Positions 56,099-64,000 of a DNA stretch of 64,000 nucleotides are shown one piece after another. Each line of letters starts with the position of its first letter. The first letter of the stretch is position 1. The notes below the pieces were generated by a model, which made no database searches, had not been told where the DNA came from, and was given only the letters and a program-made list of their open reading frames with translations. Both the position numbers and the translations under genes were made by a program. The DNA lies in assembly GCA_028278025.1 (NCBI GenBank), contig JANQFE010000094.1, positions 5,484 through 69,483 of the forward strand. Direction: 5' to 3'. This DNA comes from Thermodesulfobacteriota bacterium. GTDB taxonomy: Bacteria; Desulfobacterota; WTBG01; CAIYCZ01; CAIRTM01.

Positions 56099-56230
56099 TA
56101 TAAGCCTCCTTATATAGCTGAACGATTACCTTACATTGCCGGATAATACTACATGTAACAAAAATATTAGCTGTACGAAATTACTCACTGTAAATAAACT
56201 ATTTGGTAGCTAATCTTTTGCAGGCTATAT

Positions 56231-56260
56231 AATATACAAAGTTTCCTGCGCTGATGTCAA
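56231..56260 (-). promoter_or_regulatory. possible sigma70 promoter of the redox operon
   Basis: On the - strand: TTGACA (56260-56255), 18 nt, TATATT (56236-56231). About 130 nt upstream of the ferredoxin ATG. Confidence 0.4.
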
Positions 56261-56323
56261 GTTTTTTCACTGCTGACATTCATATTTTTGAATAATCGGT
56301 TCTGCAGACATATATCTATCGTT

Positions 56324-57250
56324 CTACTTTTGCTGTATTACATAGCCTTTTTGCCGCAGTAGTGCCAAAACGCCGTCTGTACCCACAAGATGGGCTGCAC
56401 CTACAATTACAAGCACATTGTTTTGCTGCATAATCAATTTTTCAATGTCGGCAACCCACCTTTTATTTCTCTGGACAAGCAGGCTGTCATAAATTTCGGG
56501 GTGTCTCTTGAAGCTTGTCTTCAAAATAGAATTAAGTTTCTGGGCATTACCGGATTTCCAGAAACGCACCATATCAGAAGCCATCGTCTCGACTACAGCG
56601 AGGTCTTTAAGTGTCTGAGTCAGAAAAGATTCCTGCTCACGAATATTCATGCGGGCAAGCATGTTAAACTGGTATTCCAGATCCTCTAAAAACACGAGTT
56701 TTTTTTTATCCTGTTTTGCCCGGTTAAAAAAATGGGCATCAATACCATATTGCGGACTAAACCCCAGACGTACCAACTCCTGTCCGACAAGTGTGACGGC
56801 ACACAACCACGGCTTGAGACTGTCAAACTGTGACATGGACATACCTGCTTTTGCCGCCCTTTGCTTAAGCAGTACGTAAGTTTTTGCTGAAATGTTCTGG
56901 CTAAGGTTCTGTCCCTTCATATAAAAACCCTTAGTGCCGACTTTTTGAAGTGCAGCAAATTGCTGTTTGGGGCTTATATCTGCTTCGAAAACAATAAGTT
57001 TGCTGTCGAGGTAGGCCTTTTCAATTTCACTGCTGAGCGGATATGCATCGGGTTTCATCAGATGAATAGATCCCAGCAGATACACGGTATTCTTAGTCGT
57101 TTCAATTGACCACAGAAAGCTCTTCTGCCCTGAACCCTGATCCGTTGCCTGCCCCTTTACGTGAGTGGCACAAGACAACACAATTAAGAAGAATATAAAA
57201 ACAAACAGCCGGTATGATTTTAATTGATTAGAGAAATATGTTTTAGTCAT
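56324..57250 (-). CDS. TraB/GumN-family protein, exported
   Basis: FLWSIETTKNTVYLLGSIHLMK and a C-terminal VIVGAAHLVG. ATG 57250 gives a signal/anchor N-terminus. Confidence 0.75.
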   Translation of the reverse strand: MTKTYFSNQLKSYRLFVFIFFLIVLSCATHVKGQATDQGSGQKSFLWSIETTKNTVYLLGSIHLMKPDAYPLSSEIEKAYLDSKLIVFEADISPKQQFAALQKVGTKGFYMKGQNLSQNISAKTYVLLKQRAAKAGMSMSQFDSLKPWLCAVTLVGQELVRLGFSPQYGIDAHFFNRAKQDKKKLVFLEDLEYQFNMLARMNIREQESFLTQTLKDLAVVETMASDMVRFWKSGNAQKLNSILKTSFKRHPEIYDSLLVQRNKRWVADIEKLIMQQNNVLVIVGAAHLVGTDGVLALLRQKGYVIQQK

Positions 57251-57376
57251 AAGTAGTATCCTCTGTGACACATGTTGCCCGCAGCAACCAAGCAGGTGCG
57301 AGCCCAGCTTACGCCCAATTTTAATTGTCCTCATGTAATAGTATGTAACCTCACATTTTTTTAGTTAAAAAACACT

Positions 57377-58885
57377 TCAAATCATTTTTAAAGCCTGGTG
57401 CGGCACATCCTGCATTCTCGGCACAGCATAAAATGTCCCACCGCCAACACGAGCAAGCTTGCGTGCCAAGTGTATTCCGTGCGTGTCCTGGCCCCCCATA
57501 TATAAAAATGAGATTTTAATGTTTTTCTTCCAGCTTATTTTAGCTTCTTTCACAGCATAATCAGAAGCCCTAATATTCATAAACATGATTTTGACATCCT
57601 GGCCAAATAAACTGTTTCCGTGGCCGTGCGTCTGTGCGCCGATGCTTAAATTGAACGTGTCCATTTCATTACAGTCAGATGAATAACTGTTTTGATAATA
57701 CTCATCAGCCGAACTTAGGTTTGGTATCCCGTCACTAATAACAATGATATATTTCGTGTTTGAAAAATTGTCCCGCAGAAGAATTTCTCTGCATTTTTTA
57801 ATACCGTCTCCAATATTAGTTAATTTGCCGGCTTTAATACGGACCAGTGCATCAGCAATCCTATGTTGGTCTTTTGTCAGAGAATGTATGACGGCAGCAG
57901 CATTACTAAACACAACCAATCCTGTACGGTCACCTTGCTTACCGGCAGCCTGGGCAATTGCTGCGGCAGCTATCTTCGCAAAGCGCAGCTTACCGTCCCG
58001 GGCCATCGACTCACTCACGTCAATACAGACTGCAATATCTTTGTCTGAAAATGGCATTTTTTCAAAACTCTTCAGGTCATGGACAGTGATTTCAGTCACC
58101 GGTTTACACCGGCGAATGAGCTGTCTGAGGGTATGCCTTTGTGAGACATTACGGTATGTGTCACCTTTTTGATACTTTCTTACGTATGATTTTTCCCGAG
58201 CAGATTCCTTTTTTTGACTGATGGACAGTTTGCTTAAATCTTTGTGCAACATGTGCTCAGCAAGATACAATAGGGCCTGGCCCTGCAGTGCGTATCCTTC
58301 GCCAACCTCGTCAAAACAAAGAATGCCCTGCTCTTCCAGGGCATGCAGCTTGACGGCCAGGGTTTGGCAATCGAGGTTTTCAGGTGATACTGCCTTGCCG
58401 GAATTATGCTGGCGTGTAAAATGTGTTTTTAAATTGGTAAGCCTTGTTATACCGTATTCCTGATCCTGAAAATCAATCAGTTCATCAAGAAACAGCCTGT
58501 CTTGATCTTTTTCACCGGGCATATCTGTTTTTTTTCGTTTTCCGGTCCGGACATACTCATACGAGATAGTCTGGTAGAGAATTTCCCTTGTTATTTCCCT
58601 GACAATTTCATAGGCACTTTTGCCGGTATGCGCAGCAACAACTATCCTGTGAGGCAAAGCAATCAAGGCTGATCTTTCAATTGCATGCCGGTCTAATCTG
58701 CCGGTCGCCTGTTTGAACCCCTTTGCAATACCACCTATAGCCAGAGTGGCTCTCACACCTGCTCCTCTTGTCAGTAGAGGATGGTTGCGTGTGCGGTAAA
58801 CAATCTGCGCAACCAGCTTATCTGCTTCCTCTTGAGAAAGAAGTTCAGCTGAGTCTTTTCTGGTGCTTTTTTGTGTGTGTCCCAT
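57377..58885 (-). CDS. VWA-domain protein with an N-terminal AAA-lid-like segment (ChlD/MoxR-partner-like)
   Basis: VWA MIDAS-like motif CIDVSESM. The N-terminus GAGVRATLAIGGIAKGFKQATGR...ALIALPHRIV resembles the lid helices of MoxR/ChlI ATPases. Confidence 0.65.
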   Translation of the reverse strand: MGHTQKSTRKDSAELLSQEEADKLVAQIVYRTRNHPLLTRGAGVRATLAIGGIAKGFKQATGRLDRHAIERSALIALPHRIVVAAHTGKSAYEIVREITREILYQTISYEYVRTGKRKKTDMPGEKDQDRLFLDELIDFQDQEYGITRLTNLKTHFTRQHNSGKAVSPENLDCQTLAVKLHALEEQGILCFDEVGEGYALQGQALLYLAEHMLHKDLSKLSISQKKESAREKSYVRKYQKGDTYRNVSQRHTLRQLIRRCKPVTEITVHDLKSFEKMPFSDKDIAVCIDVSESMARDGKLRFAKIAAAAIAQAAGKQGDRTGLVVFSNAAAVIHSLTKDQHRIADALVRIKAGKLTNIGDGIKKCREILLRDNFSNTKYIIVISDGIPNLSSADEYYQNSYSSDCNEMDTFNLSIGAQTHGHGNSLFGQDVKIMFMNIRASDYAVKEAKISWKKNIKISFLYMGGQDTHGIHLARKLARVGGGTFYAVPRMQDVPHQALKMI

Positions 58886-58928
58886 AATTTACAGGGGTCT
58901 CTATTAATCTCTTTGGTTTCCGTACCCT

Positions 58929-59780
58929 TTATTTCCAGGCAATCAGCAAGGTTGTATTGGGCAAATCAATTTCTTTCTGGGCTCGTATATCAAACAGAAA
59001 ATGGTCTTTAAAGTGCTGCTCCAGAACGGGTCTAATATCATCGTAAAAAAGCGGCTGTACACCGATCCGTTTGGCAATTTCATCATATGCATACAGCCTG
59101 CCTGTATTATTAAAATAGTCCCCAAACACTACCAGATCCGCAACCCGGGCAAGATTTTCTATTGCAGGAATAGTAGCATACACTATTGAGGCCCGTTCAT
59201 AGAGCAGGCACGGCTGGTGAACCAGTGCGCGCAACTCCTGAGACGGCATATTTCTTATATCCCACAGGAATGTTTCCAGGCTAACTTGAGAATAAGTTTC
59301 CGTCAGTTTTTGCATGTTTTCTAAAACCACCGGATTAGCATCCGTTATTATCAAGTTGGGCTGCCCGCTTGTATCACCCCTCTGATCGAGCATAATACCG
59401 GTCAGATTACCCCTGCCAGCACCAATCTCAATAAGTGTTTGTACCCCGGCAATCCTGGCCAGCCGAAGTGAAATTCTTGCAATCAGCTCACCCCATGTTT
59501 TATAAAATGATGATTGGGCTACCTCCGCAAAAACAGCCCGCAATTTCGGATTAGCCCAGTCAAACGTGCCAGCTGCCTCCATTTCCAGCACTACCTCCAT
59601 AAACCTGTACTCGGTGACAAGTGCTGGGGGGATTTCTGCTTCCTGTACCTGCTCACCGTCTGACATACGCTGCGAAGCCTCTGCCCACAAACGCCAATCG
59701 GCAAAATGCTCCACCATAAAACTACGATACTCCTGTTCCAAATCACTTAATTCGGCCATGATGATATCTTTTGTCAGCAT
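58929..59780 (-). CDS. class I SAM-dependent methyltransferase
   Basis: LIEIGAGRGNLTG motif I. ATG 59780 follows GGGGGTG. Confidence 0.75.
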   Translation of the reverse strand: MLTKDIIMAELSDLEQEYRSFMVEHFADWRLWAEASQRMSDGEQVQEAEIPPALVTEYRFMEVVLEMEAAGTFDWANPKLRAVFAEVAQSSFYKTWGELIARISLRLARIAGVQTLIEIGAGRGNLTGIMLDQRGDTSGQPNLIITDANPVVLENMQKLTETYSQVSLETFLWDIRNMPSQELRALVHQPCLLYERASIVYATIPAIENLARVADLVVFGDYFNNTGRLYAYDEIAKRIGVQPLFYDDIRPVLEQHFKDHFLFDIRAQKEIDLPNTTLLIAWK

Positions 59781-59871
59781 ACTGCACCCCCTTCTGTTGT
59801 GTTGTTTAACGTTACATGTAAAACATAAAGTGTAATGCGTTAAGTGTGAGCAGTAATGGCAAAACAAAAAA

Positions 59872-59893
59872 ATGAATATGAATTCAAATTCAT
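59872..59893. promoter_or_regulatory. second copy of the TetR-type palindrome, upstream of the methyltransferase gene
   Basis: ATGAATATGAATTCAAATTCAT is a near-palindrome centred on GAATTC. It matches 60732-60751 at 19 of 20 positions. Confidence 0.45.
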
Positions 59894-60053
59894 CTCAAAC
59901 GTGTTTTTTTAGGGCGCTTACGCCCTGAAAAAACACTGCACCTGTATACTAACCCTTGTGTTCTTTACTTTTCTTTAATGCCTCTACGGTTGTTTTCATA
60001 AAGGGCTAGGTTACCAAAAAACATAGTAGCCCTCTTTGTAGACAAAATCGACT

Positions 60054-60677
60054 TTATCCCCTAAGCATAAAAGTTTCGATTAGCCTTACTGCTGCTTGAT
60101 GAGCATCATCAGCATTATAGCCGATGTCCTCTCCACTGTAAGCGGTATAAAACAAACCGTATACAACCCGTTCAATTGTGCCGCACAGAACCTGCCGCAT
60201 CACTGCAGGTTTAAGTGTGCAGTCGAACACGCCTTCTTGCTGACCCTGTCGTATAACATCATCAACCAAGCCGATAATTTTTTTATTTTCCATAATAATT
60301 TCGCGGCGTTTTTTTTGGAGTTTCTTGTCCCTGATCATAACAATATGAGGCAGCCCTTCACTTAAAACCTTTACCAGGTAAAGGGTATTTTCATCTGTAA
60401 GCAGCATTGTCTCAAAGTTTTCAAGAATCGCATATATCTTGTCGATTGGCTTGTGCACTGATTGCAGCTTTGTATTATTCAGATGATTGATTTTTTTCCA
60501 GAAAGTAAGTATTATGGATAAAAGCAAGTCCAGCTTATTTTCAAAATACGAATACATAAAGCCTGTTGAAACCCCGGCCTCCCGCGCAATATCCGAGATG
60601 GCGGCATACTGGTAGCTCTTCTCAGCAAAAACCTTAATTGCCGCATCAATTATTCTGTTTTTTTTGGCATCCTCCAT
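60054..60677 (-). CDS. TetR/AcrR-family transcriptional regulator
   Basis: N-terminal HTH IIDAAIKVFAEKSYQYAAISDIAREAGVSTGFMYSYFENKLDL. Confidence 0.85.
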   Translation of the reverse strand: MEDAKKNRIIDAAIKVFAEKSYQYAAISDIAREAGVSTGFMYSYFENKLDLLLSIILTFWKKINHLNNTKLQSVHKPIDKIYAILENFETMLLTDENTLYLVKVLSEGLPHIVMIRDKKLQKKRREIIMENKKIIGLVDDVIRQGQQEGVFDCTLKPAVMRQVLCGTIERVVYGLFYTAYSGEDIGYNADDAHQAAVRLIETFMLRG

Positions 60678-60731
60678 AGTGGCTGTTGTGCTCCACAGTG
60701 TTTAACGGAACGTTTCAAATTGATATTGGTT

Positions 60732-60751
60732 TGAATTTGAATTCAAATTCA
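60732..60751. promoter_or_regulatory. perfect 20-bp palindrome, probable TetR autoregulatory operator
   Basis: TGAATTTGAATTCAAATTCA abuts the -10 box of the tetR promoter. Confidence 0.6.
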
Positions 60752-60779
60752 TTTTAATATTAACTTGTCCCCTTGTCAA
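60751..60779 (-). promoter_or_regulatory. sigma70 promoter of tetR
   Basis: On the - strand: TTGACA (60779-60774), 17 nt, TAAAAT (60756-60751). Confidence 0.55.
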
Positions 60780-61005
60780 GGGAAAATTGAACTACCTTCC
60801 CGGACATTTTGGGAGGGGGCGATAATCCCGACACATCGGGGTTAGATAATATGAAACGGGCTGGCCCGCATTATTCATGACTATTAGCGGCCAGCCTGCG
60901 GCACCGGGTTGGGCTATGCTTTTTTGCGAAATACGCTAAAAGAAAAAACCAGGGCATATACCCATACCCTGGTTTTGTTTTTAGAAAAGTCCTGCAACTG
61001 GTAAT

Positions 61006-62139
61006 TTACTGTTTCTTTTCAGCAGTCTTTTGGTCAAATTTTTGGGGCTTTTTAGTGACGCCCTTTTTTTTAGGAGGCAATTTTTTTCTGGCAAATACAT
61101 TAACCTCTATATTTTGCTGTTCTGTATCATCAGTTTGTATTAGAATTTTTCCCCGTAGAATTGCCTTGTCAAAACCCTGCTTTATAACGGCTTTTACCTT
61201 GTACTCTTTGCCCTCCTGGATTGTCTCCAGTGACGTTTCAACTTCCGGTATCGTGGACGTAACATCGAGAACTTTAAATGCGGCCTCTGAGGCAGCCTTC
61301 AGGGTAATTGTTTTTTCATTTGGTACGCCTTCCCTGAGCATGCCAAAGGAAAGATAGCGGGGGGTAACGGCAATAGTACCGATTATATCACCATATACAT
61401 AAAGGGACAATTTCTTTACTGTTTCATGGTCGGTATGCAGAGTTATACGCTCCCTGAATTTTCCCACCGTAAGGCCGGGGAGTACTTCGATTTTGATTTT
61501 TTTATTTTTGTTGTTTTCAAAACCTGCCGGGTTTACATCTACCTTGATATGCTCATTCTTTGATTCTACTGAGGTTATGGTAACGCTGTCCTTGGCATTG
61601 CCTGTTAGTGCTATATATTTCGCTGTCGGCCGATATGATTTCTGCAAACGCCCAAAGTTTACCCTGGTCGGACTGGTTGACAAAACAATTTCAACATCAG
61701 CACTGACCGTAAGTTTTAAGGTTTTTCGTTCAGGATCATTAGTGGTAACAGTTATATTTTTGCGCCCTTTACCACCTCTGGTACCGGTCTTGAAGGTGAC
61801 GTCAATTTTTCCTTCCCCGCCCGGGGGAATCTCTTTGGCAGATGCCAAAGCTGCTGTACAGCCTCAGCCTGCCTTTATTTTTTCGATATTCAGTACAGCC
61901 GTGCCTACATTCTTAAACACAAATGTATGCTTCAGGCTTTGGTTCTGAAGCGCCTTGCCAAAATCATAGGCCAGCTCATCGAACTGAATTTTGGGAACTC
62001 CTTCAGCCTGCTCAGGCTGCTGCTTTTGTTGTTCAACGTTTTTTTGTTCCTCAGCCCTCAGCGTTCCAGATATAAAAAGGCTGCATACAAAAACAAGCAT
62101 CACACTACAGATGACCATCACATTTCCAAAACATTTCAT
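61006..62139 (-). CDS. exported DUF1573-repeat protein with an in-frame TGA (candidate selenocysteine codon, or a pseudogene)
   Basis: ORFs 61864-62139 and 61006-61848 are in the same frame, separated only by TGA (61866-61864). The read-through junction is LNIEKIKAG-[TGA]-GCTAALASAKEIPPGGEGKIDVTF. The TGA falls where DUF1573 domains carry the first Cys of SCGCT. Confidence 0.6.
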
Positions 62140-62473
62140 TTAATCATTACCTCCCTAATTAACTGTTAAATTTTTAAAATATGTATATACCACATTGTAA
62201 TATTATACAGAATTATAGTTTAGCATTATTTAAAAAATCTGTAAAGCAAATCAATCCATACTGAACATATCAGATACATTGGTCAATCATTCTAATACTT
62301 CCTTACAACATTAATGATTAATTAACGGTTAAAAAAAAGTTTATTAGGACACCCCCTTTTTTCTATTGACAATACTTATCCAAGCACTATATAAAGTTAT
62401 GTTAATATATTAATAAATAGTGCAATAATTCTATGAGTCCAAAAACCCTGCTAGAGTAAAAGGAGATAGTAAT

Positions 62474-62944
62474 ATGAAAGTTAAGACAAAAAAAATTGGT
62501 ATGCTTGCATGTACACTGAGTCTTATAATGATGGTTGTTTGTACGGTCCCGGCCCAGTCTGGAGAAACAAAGCAATGCGGTCTTGTTAAAACAATACTTA
62601 AAGATGTCGGTATCACGGTTGACATGGTCCCGCTACAACGTACGGATGGCTTCACCAGAGCCCTTGTTATTGAAGGCCCCCAGGCAATTCCCATTACAAT
62701 CGGACTTCAGGCAGGGTCGCTTCTTATTGCAGTGGGTGGAGATGAATATATTGCATACATACACAATGACGGATCCTATGAAATTATGCAGGGTGATGGA
62801 ACGGATTTGGAAGAAATCATATGCATAATTTCTGCCGTAATCAATGGGATTAATGCAATTGAACTGTGTGATACAGAGCTGTGTGTTGTTTTAAGTGTTA
62901 TCTCAACGATAATTAATGTAACTCAATGCCTCAATGCCTCATAA
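62474..62944 (+). CDS. secreted 4-Cys C-terminal-domain protein, family member 3
   Basis: AAAGGAGA RBS and a signal peptide. The C-terminus EEIICIISAVINGINAIELCDTELCVVLSVISTIINVTQC parallels the tails of 37472-38029 and 38087-38647. Confidence 0.6.
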   Translation: MKVKTKKIGMLACTLSLIMMVVCTVPAQSGETKQCGLVKTILKDVGITVDMVPLQRTDGFTRALVIEGPQAIPITIGLQAGSLLIAVGGDEYIAYIHNDGSYEIMQGDGTDLEEIICIISAVINGINAIELCDTELCVVLSVISTIINVTQCLNAS

Positions 62945-62970
62945 GCACATAAAAAAACATGTCTACAAAA

Positions 62971-63003
62971 GGCAGGCTGCATACACATGCACCTGTCTTT
63001 TTT
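62971..63003 (+). terminator. rho-independent terminator
   Basis: GGCAGG-C-TGCAT-ACAC-ATGCA-C-CTGTC hairpin followed by T6. Confidence 0.6.
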
Positions 63004-63162
63004 ATATATACAGTAAAATTCCTCTCAGGTTTACAAACGAAAATACATTGCTTCCGGCAAGCTTTTCTATTGACAACCGATAACTTGCACAGCTATATTT
63101 ACACAATAGCATATATATTTTAATACGTTGCCAGATGGATAATAAAACATTTCGGAGGGAAT

Positions 63163-63714
63163 ATGAAAAAAAGATATATTTTCCCGGTTTTGTTTGCAAC
63201 TATGCTCTGCCTTGTCCTTTACCTGACCTCGTGCGGTGATAAAGAATCAACAAAAACTAAAAGAACTAAAATTACCGTCAAAGAAGATGATCAGGGTGTT
63301 GAAGTGCGCAGTGAAGACGGCTCTGTAACAATTCAGGGGAACGAAAAAACCGGTCGAATCAAAATAAAAACAGAAGAGGGTGAAGATTTAGAGGTCAGCT
63401 ACAATAAGAATCAACTTACCGATGACTTCCCCAAAGATGTCCCCGTCTATTCACCTGCTAAGGTTACCATGAGCCAGGTATTAAGAGAGAAAAACGCTAT
63501 GGCATCCCTAAGCACACAGGATGACACCACGAAAGTCGCTACATTCTACAAGGAAGCAATGCCGAAAGAAGGCTGGTCTCTTGAAGGTGAAATGAATATG
63601 GGCGCCATGATTATACTCCAGGGCAAGAAGGGTAAGAATCTCCTCAATATCAGTATAGTAAAAGGGGAGGAGGAAACCAGCATTACCATGGCTGTAACGG
63701 AAGATACTGAATAA
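63163..63714 (+). CDS. hypothetical lipoprotein
   Basis: GGAGGGAATA RBS. Signal peptide with lipobox LTSC. Confidence 0.6.
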   Translation: MKKRYIFPVLFATMLCLVLYLTSCGDKESTKTKRTKITVKEDDQGVEVRSEDGSVTIQGNEKTGRIKIKTEEGEDLEVSYNKNQLTDDFPKDVPVYSPAKVTMSQVLREKNAMASLSTQDDTTKVATFYKEAMPKEGWSLEGEMNMGAMIILQGKKGKNLLNISIVKGEEETSITMAVTEDTE

Positions 63715-63820
63715 AAACAGTGCGCTAAAGTGCCTAAAGTTCAAAGTGCCTGAAATCTACTTTGTTATTAAACATACCCCTTCTACAGCCGGCAAATAAC
63801 TTCCATAATACTGTCTGTTA

Positions 63821-63858
63821 AAAAATGTCCCTGCTTTTTTGCAAACAGGGACATTTTT
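63821..63858. terminator. bidirectional rho-independent terminator
   Basis: AAAAATGTCCCTG / CAGGGACATTTTT arms (13 bp) with a 12-nt loop. An A-tract lies upstream and a T-tract downstream. Confidence 0.6.
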
Positions 63859-64000
63859 ATTGTGTTATTAACAAAAAACTTTTTTAACAGTATTCCACAA
63901 TTGCCAGATAACAGGCAATTAAGCTGAGGGGCAAGGGGAAGAAAAGGCATAGCAGAATCATCACAATACATTCTGTGCTGGCATATGTTTCAAAAAAATC

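Noticed and set aside
59901-59936. The long hairpin GTGTTTTTTT-AGGGCG-CTTA-CGCCCT-GAAAAAACAC, considered as the tetR terminator.
   Set aside because: On both strands the T-tract precedes the GC stem and the A-tract follows it. That is the reverse of a rho-independent terminator. I keep it only as an unexplained hairpin next to the second palindrome.
60741-60746. The GAATTC cores of the two palindromes, considered as R-M target sites linked to the defence islet.
   Set aside because: Nothing ties them to the R-M modules. Their position over a promoter and their duplication upstream of the next gene fit repressor operators far better.
1-64000. A search by eye for CRISPR arrays, tRNA/rRNA genes, IS elements, integrases and prophage genes.
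   Set aside because: I found no regularly spaced direct repeats of 25-40 nt with unique spacers and no cloverleaf-compatible or rRNA-like segments. No ORF has transposase or integrase motifs. The short intergenic stutters are far too small and irregular to be CRISPR.

Overview
This 64-kb chromosomal window has no rRNA, tRNA, CRISPR array, transposase or integrase that I can see. Gene content (AprAB-like, Dsr-like, NuoEF-like and PorBD-like Fe-S proteins, a possible UGA-Sec codon) suggests an anaerobic, sulfate-reducer-type deltaproteobacterium; that is inference only, since no marker gene is present.

Layout:
- 1-11.1 kb, + strand: sulfur assimilation and sulfur-transfer block. It holds two cysK copies, a COG1900 plus NIL-ferredoxin homocysteine pair, AprAB-like genes, a siroheme sulfite-reductase-like gene, two tandem ThiF/MoeB E1-like genes, mnmA, a LarE-like PP-loop gene and nadA.
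- 11.2-26.6 kb: copper island. It holds cusCBA-like RND efflux genes with a YHS protein, a Cys-rich secreted protein, an uncharacterised five-gene Cys-rich operon divergent from csoR, and csoR-copZ-copA with a recognisable promoter and operator.
- 26.7-34.6 kb: PAS-GGDEF, Nudix, a secreted amidohydrolase and a MacAB-like ABC efflux set.
- 34.6-35.4 kb: about 800 bp of highly structured non-coding DNA.
- 35.4-42.1 kb: bioD, small secreted proteins including a tandem 4-Cys paralog pair, and a UbiD/UbiA-like pair.
- 42.1-47.9 kb: visibly AT-richer defence islet with two type II restriction-modification (R-M) modules bracketed by direct repeats, plus a HEPN-MNT pair.
- 48-56.1 kb, - strand: a metallophosphoesterase, then a seven-gene redox operon (ferredoxin, PorD-like, degenerate PorB-like, NuoE/F/G-like, FAD oxidoreductase).
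- 56.3-60.8 kb: TetR-headed operon (SAM methyltransferase, VWA protein, TraB/GumN) with paired 20-22 bp palindromes.
- 61-64 kb: a DUF1573 repeat protein interrupted by an in-frame TGA at a conserved Cys position, a third 4-Cys paralog and a lipoprotein.

Best candidates for something new:
- the csoR-divergent TRASH/HMA/Dsr-like operon;
- the UGA-interrupted DUF1573 gene;
- the repeat-bracketed R-M cassettes;
- the orphan NuoEFG/PorBD/FAD redox operon;
- the structured RNA-like element at about 35.0-35.1 kb.

All family assignments come from motif reading by eye and memory of family consensus. No database search was run.
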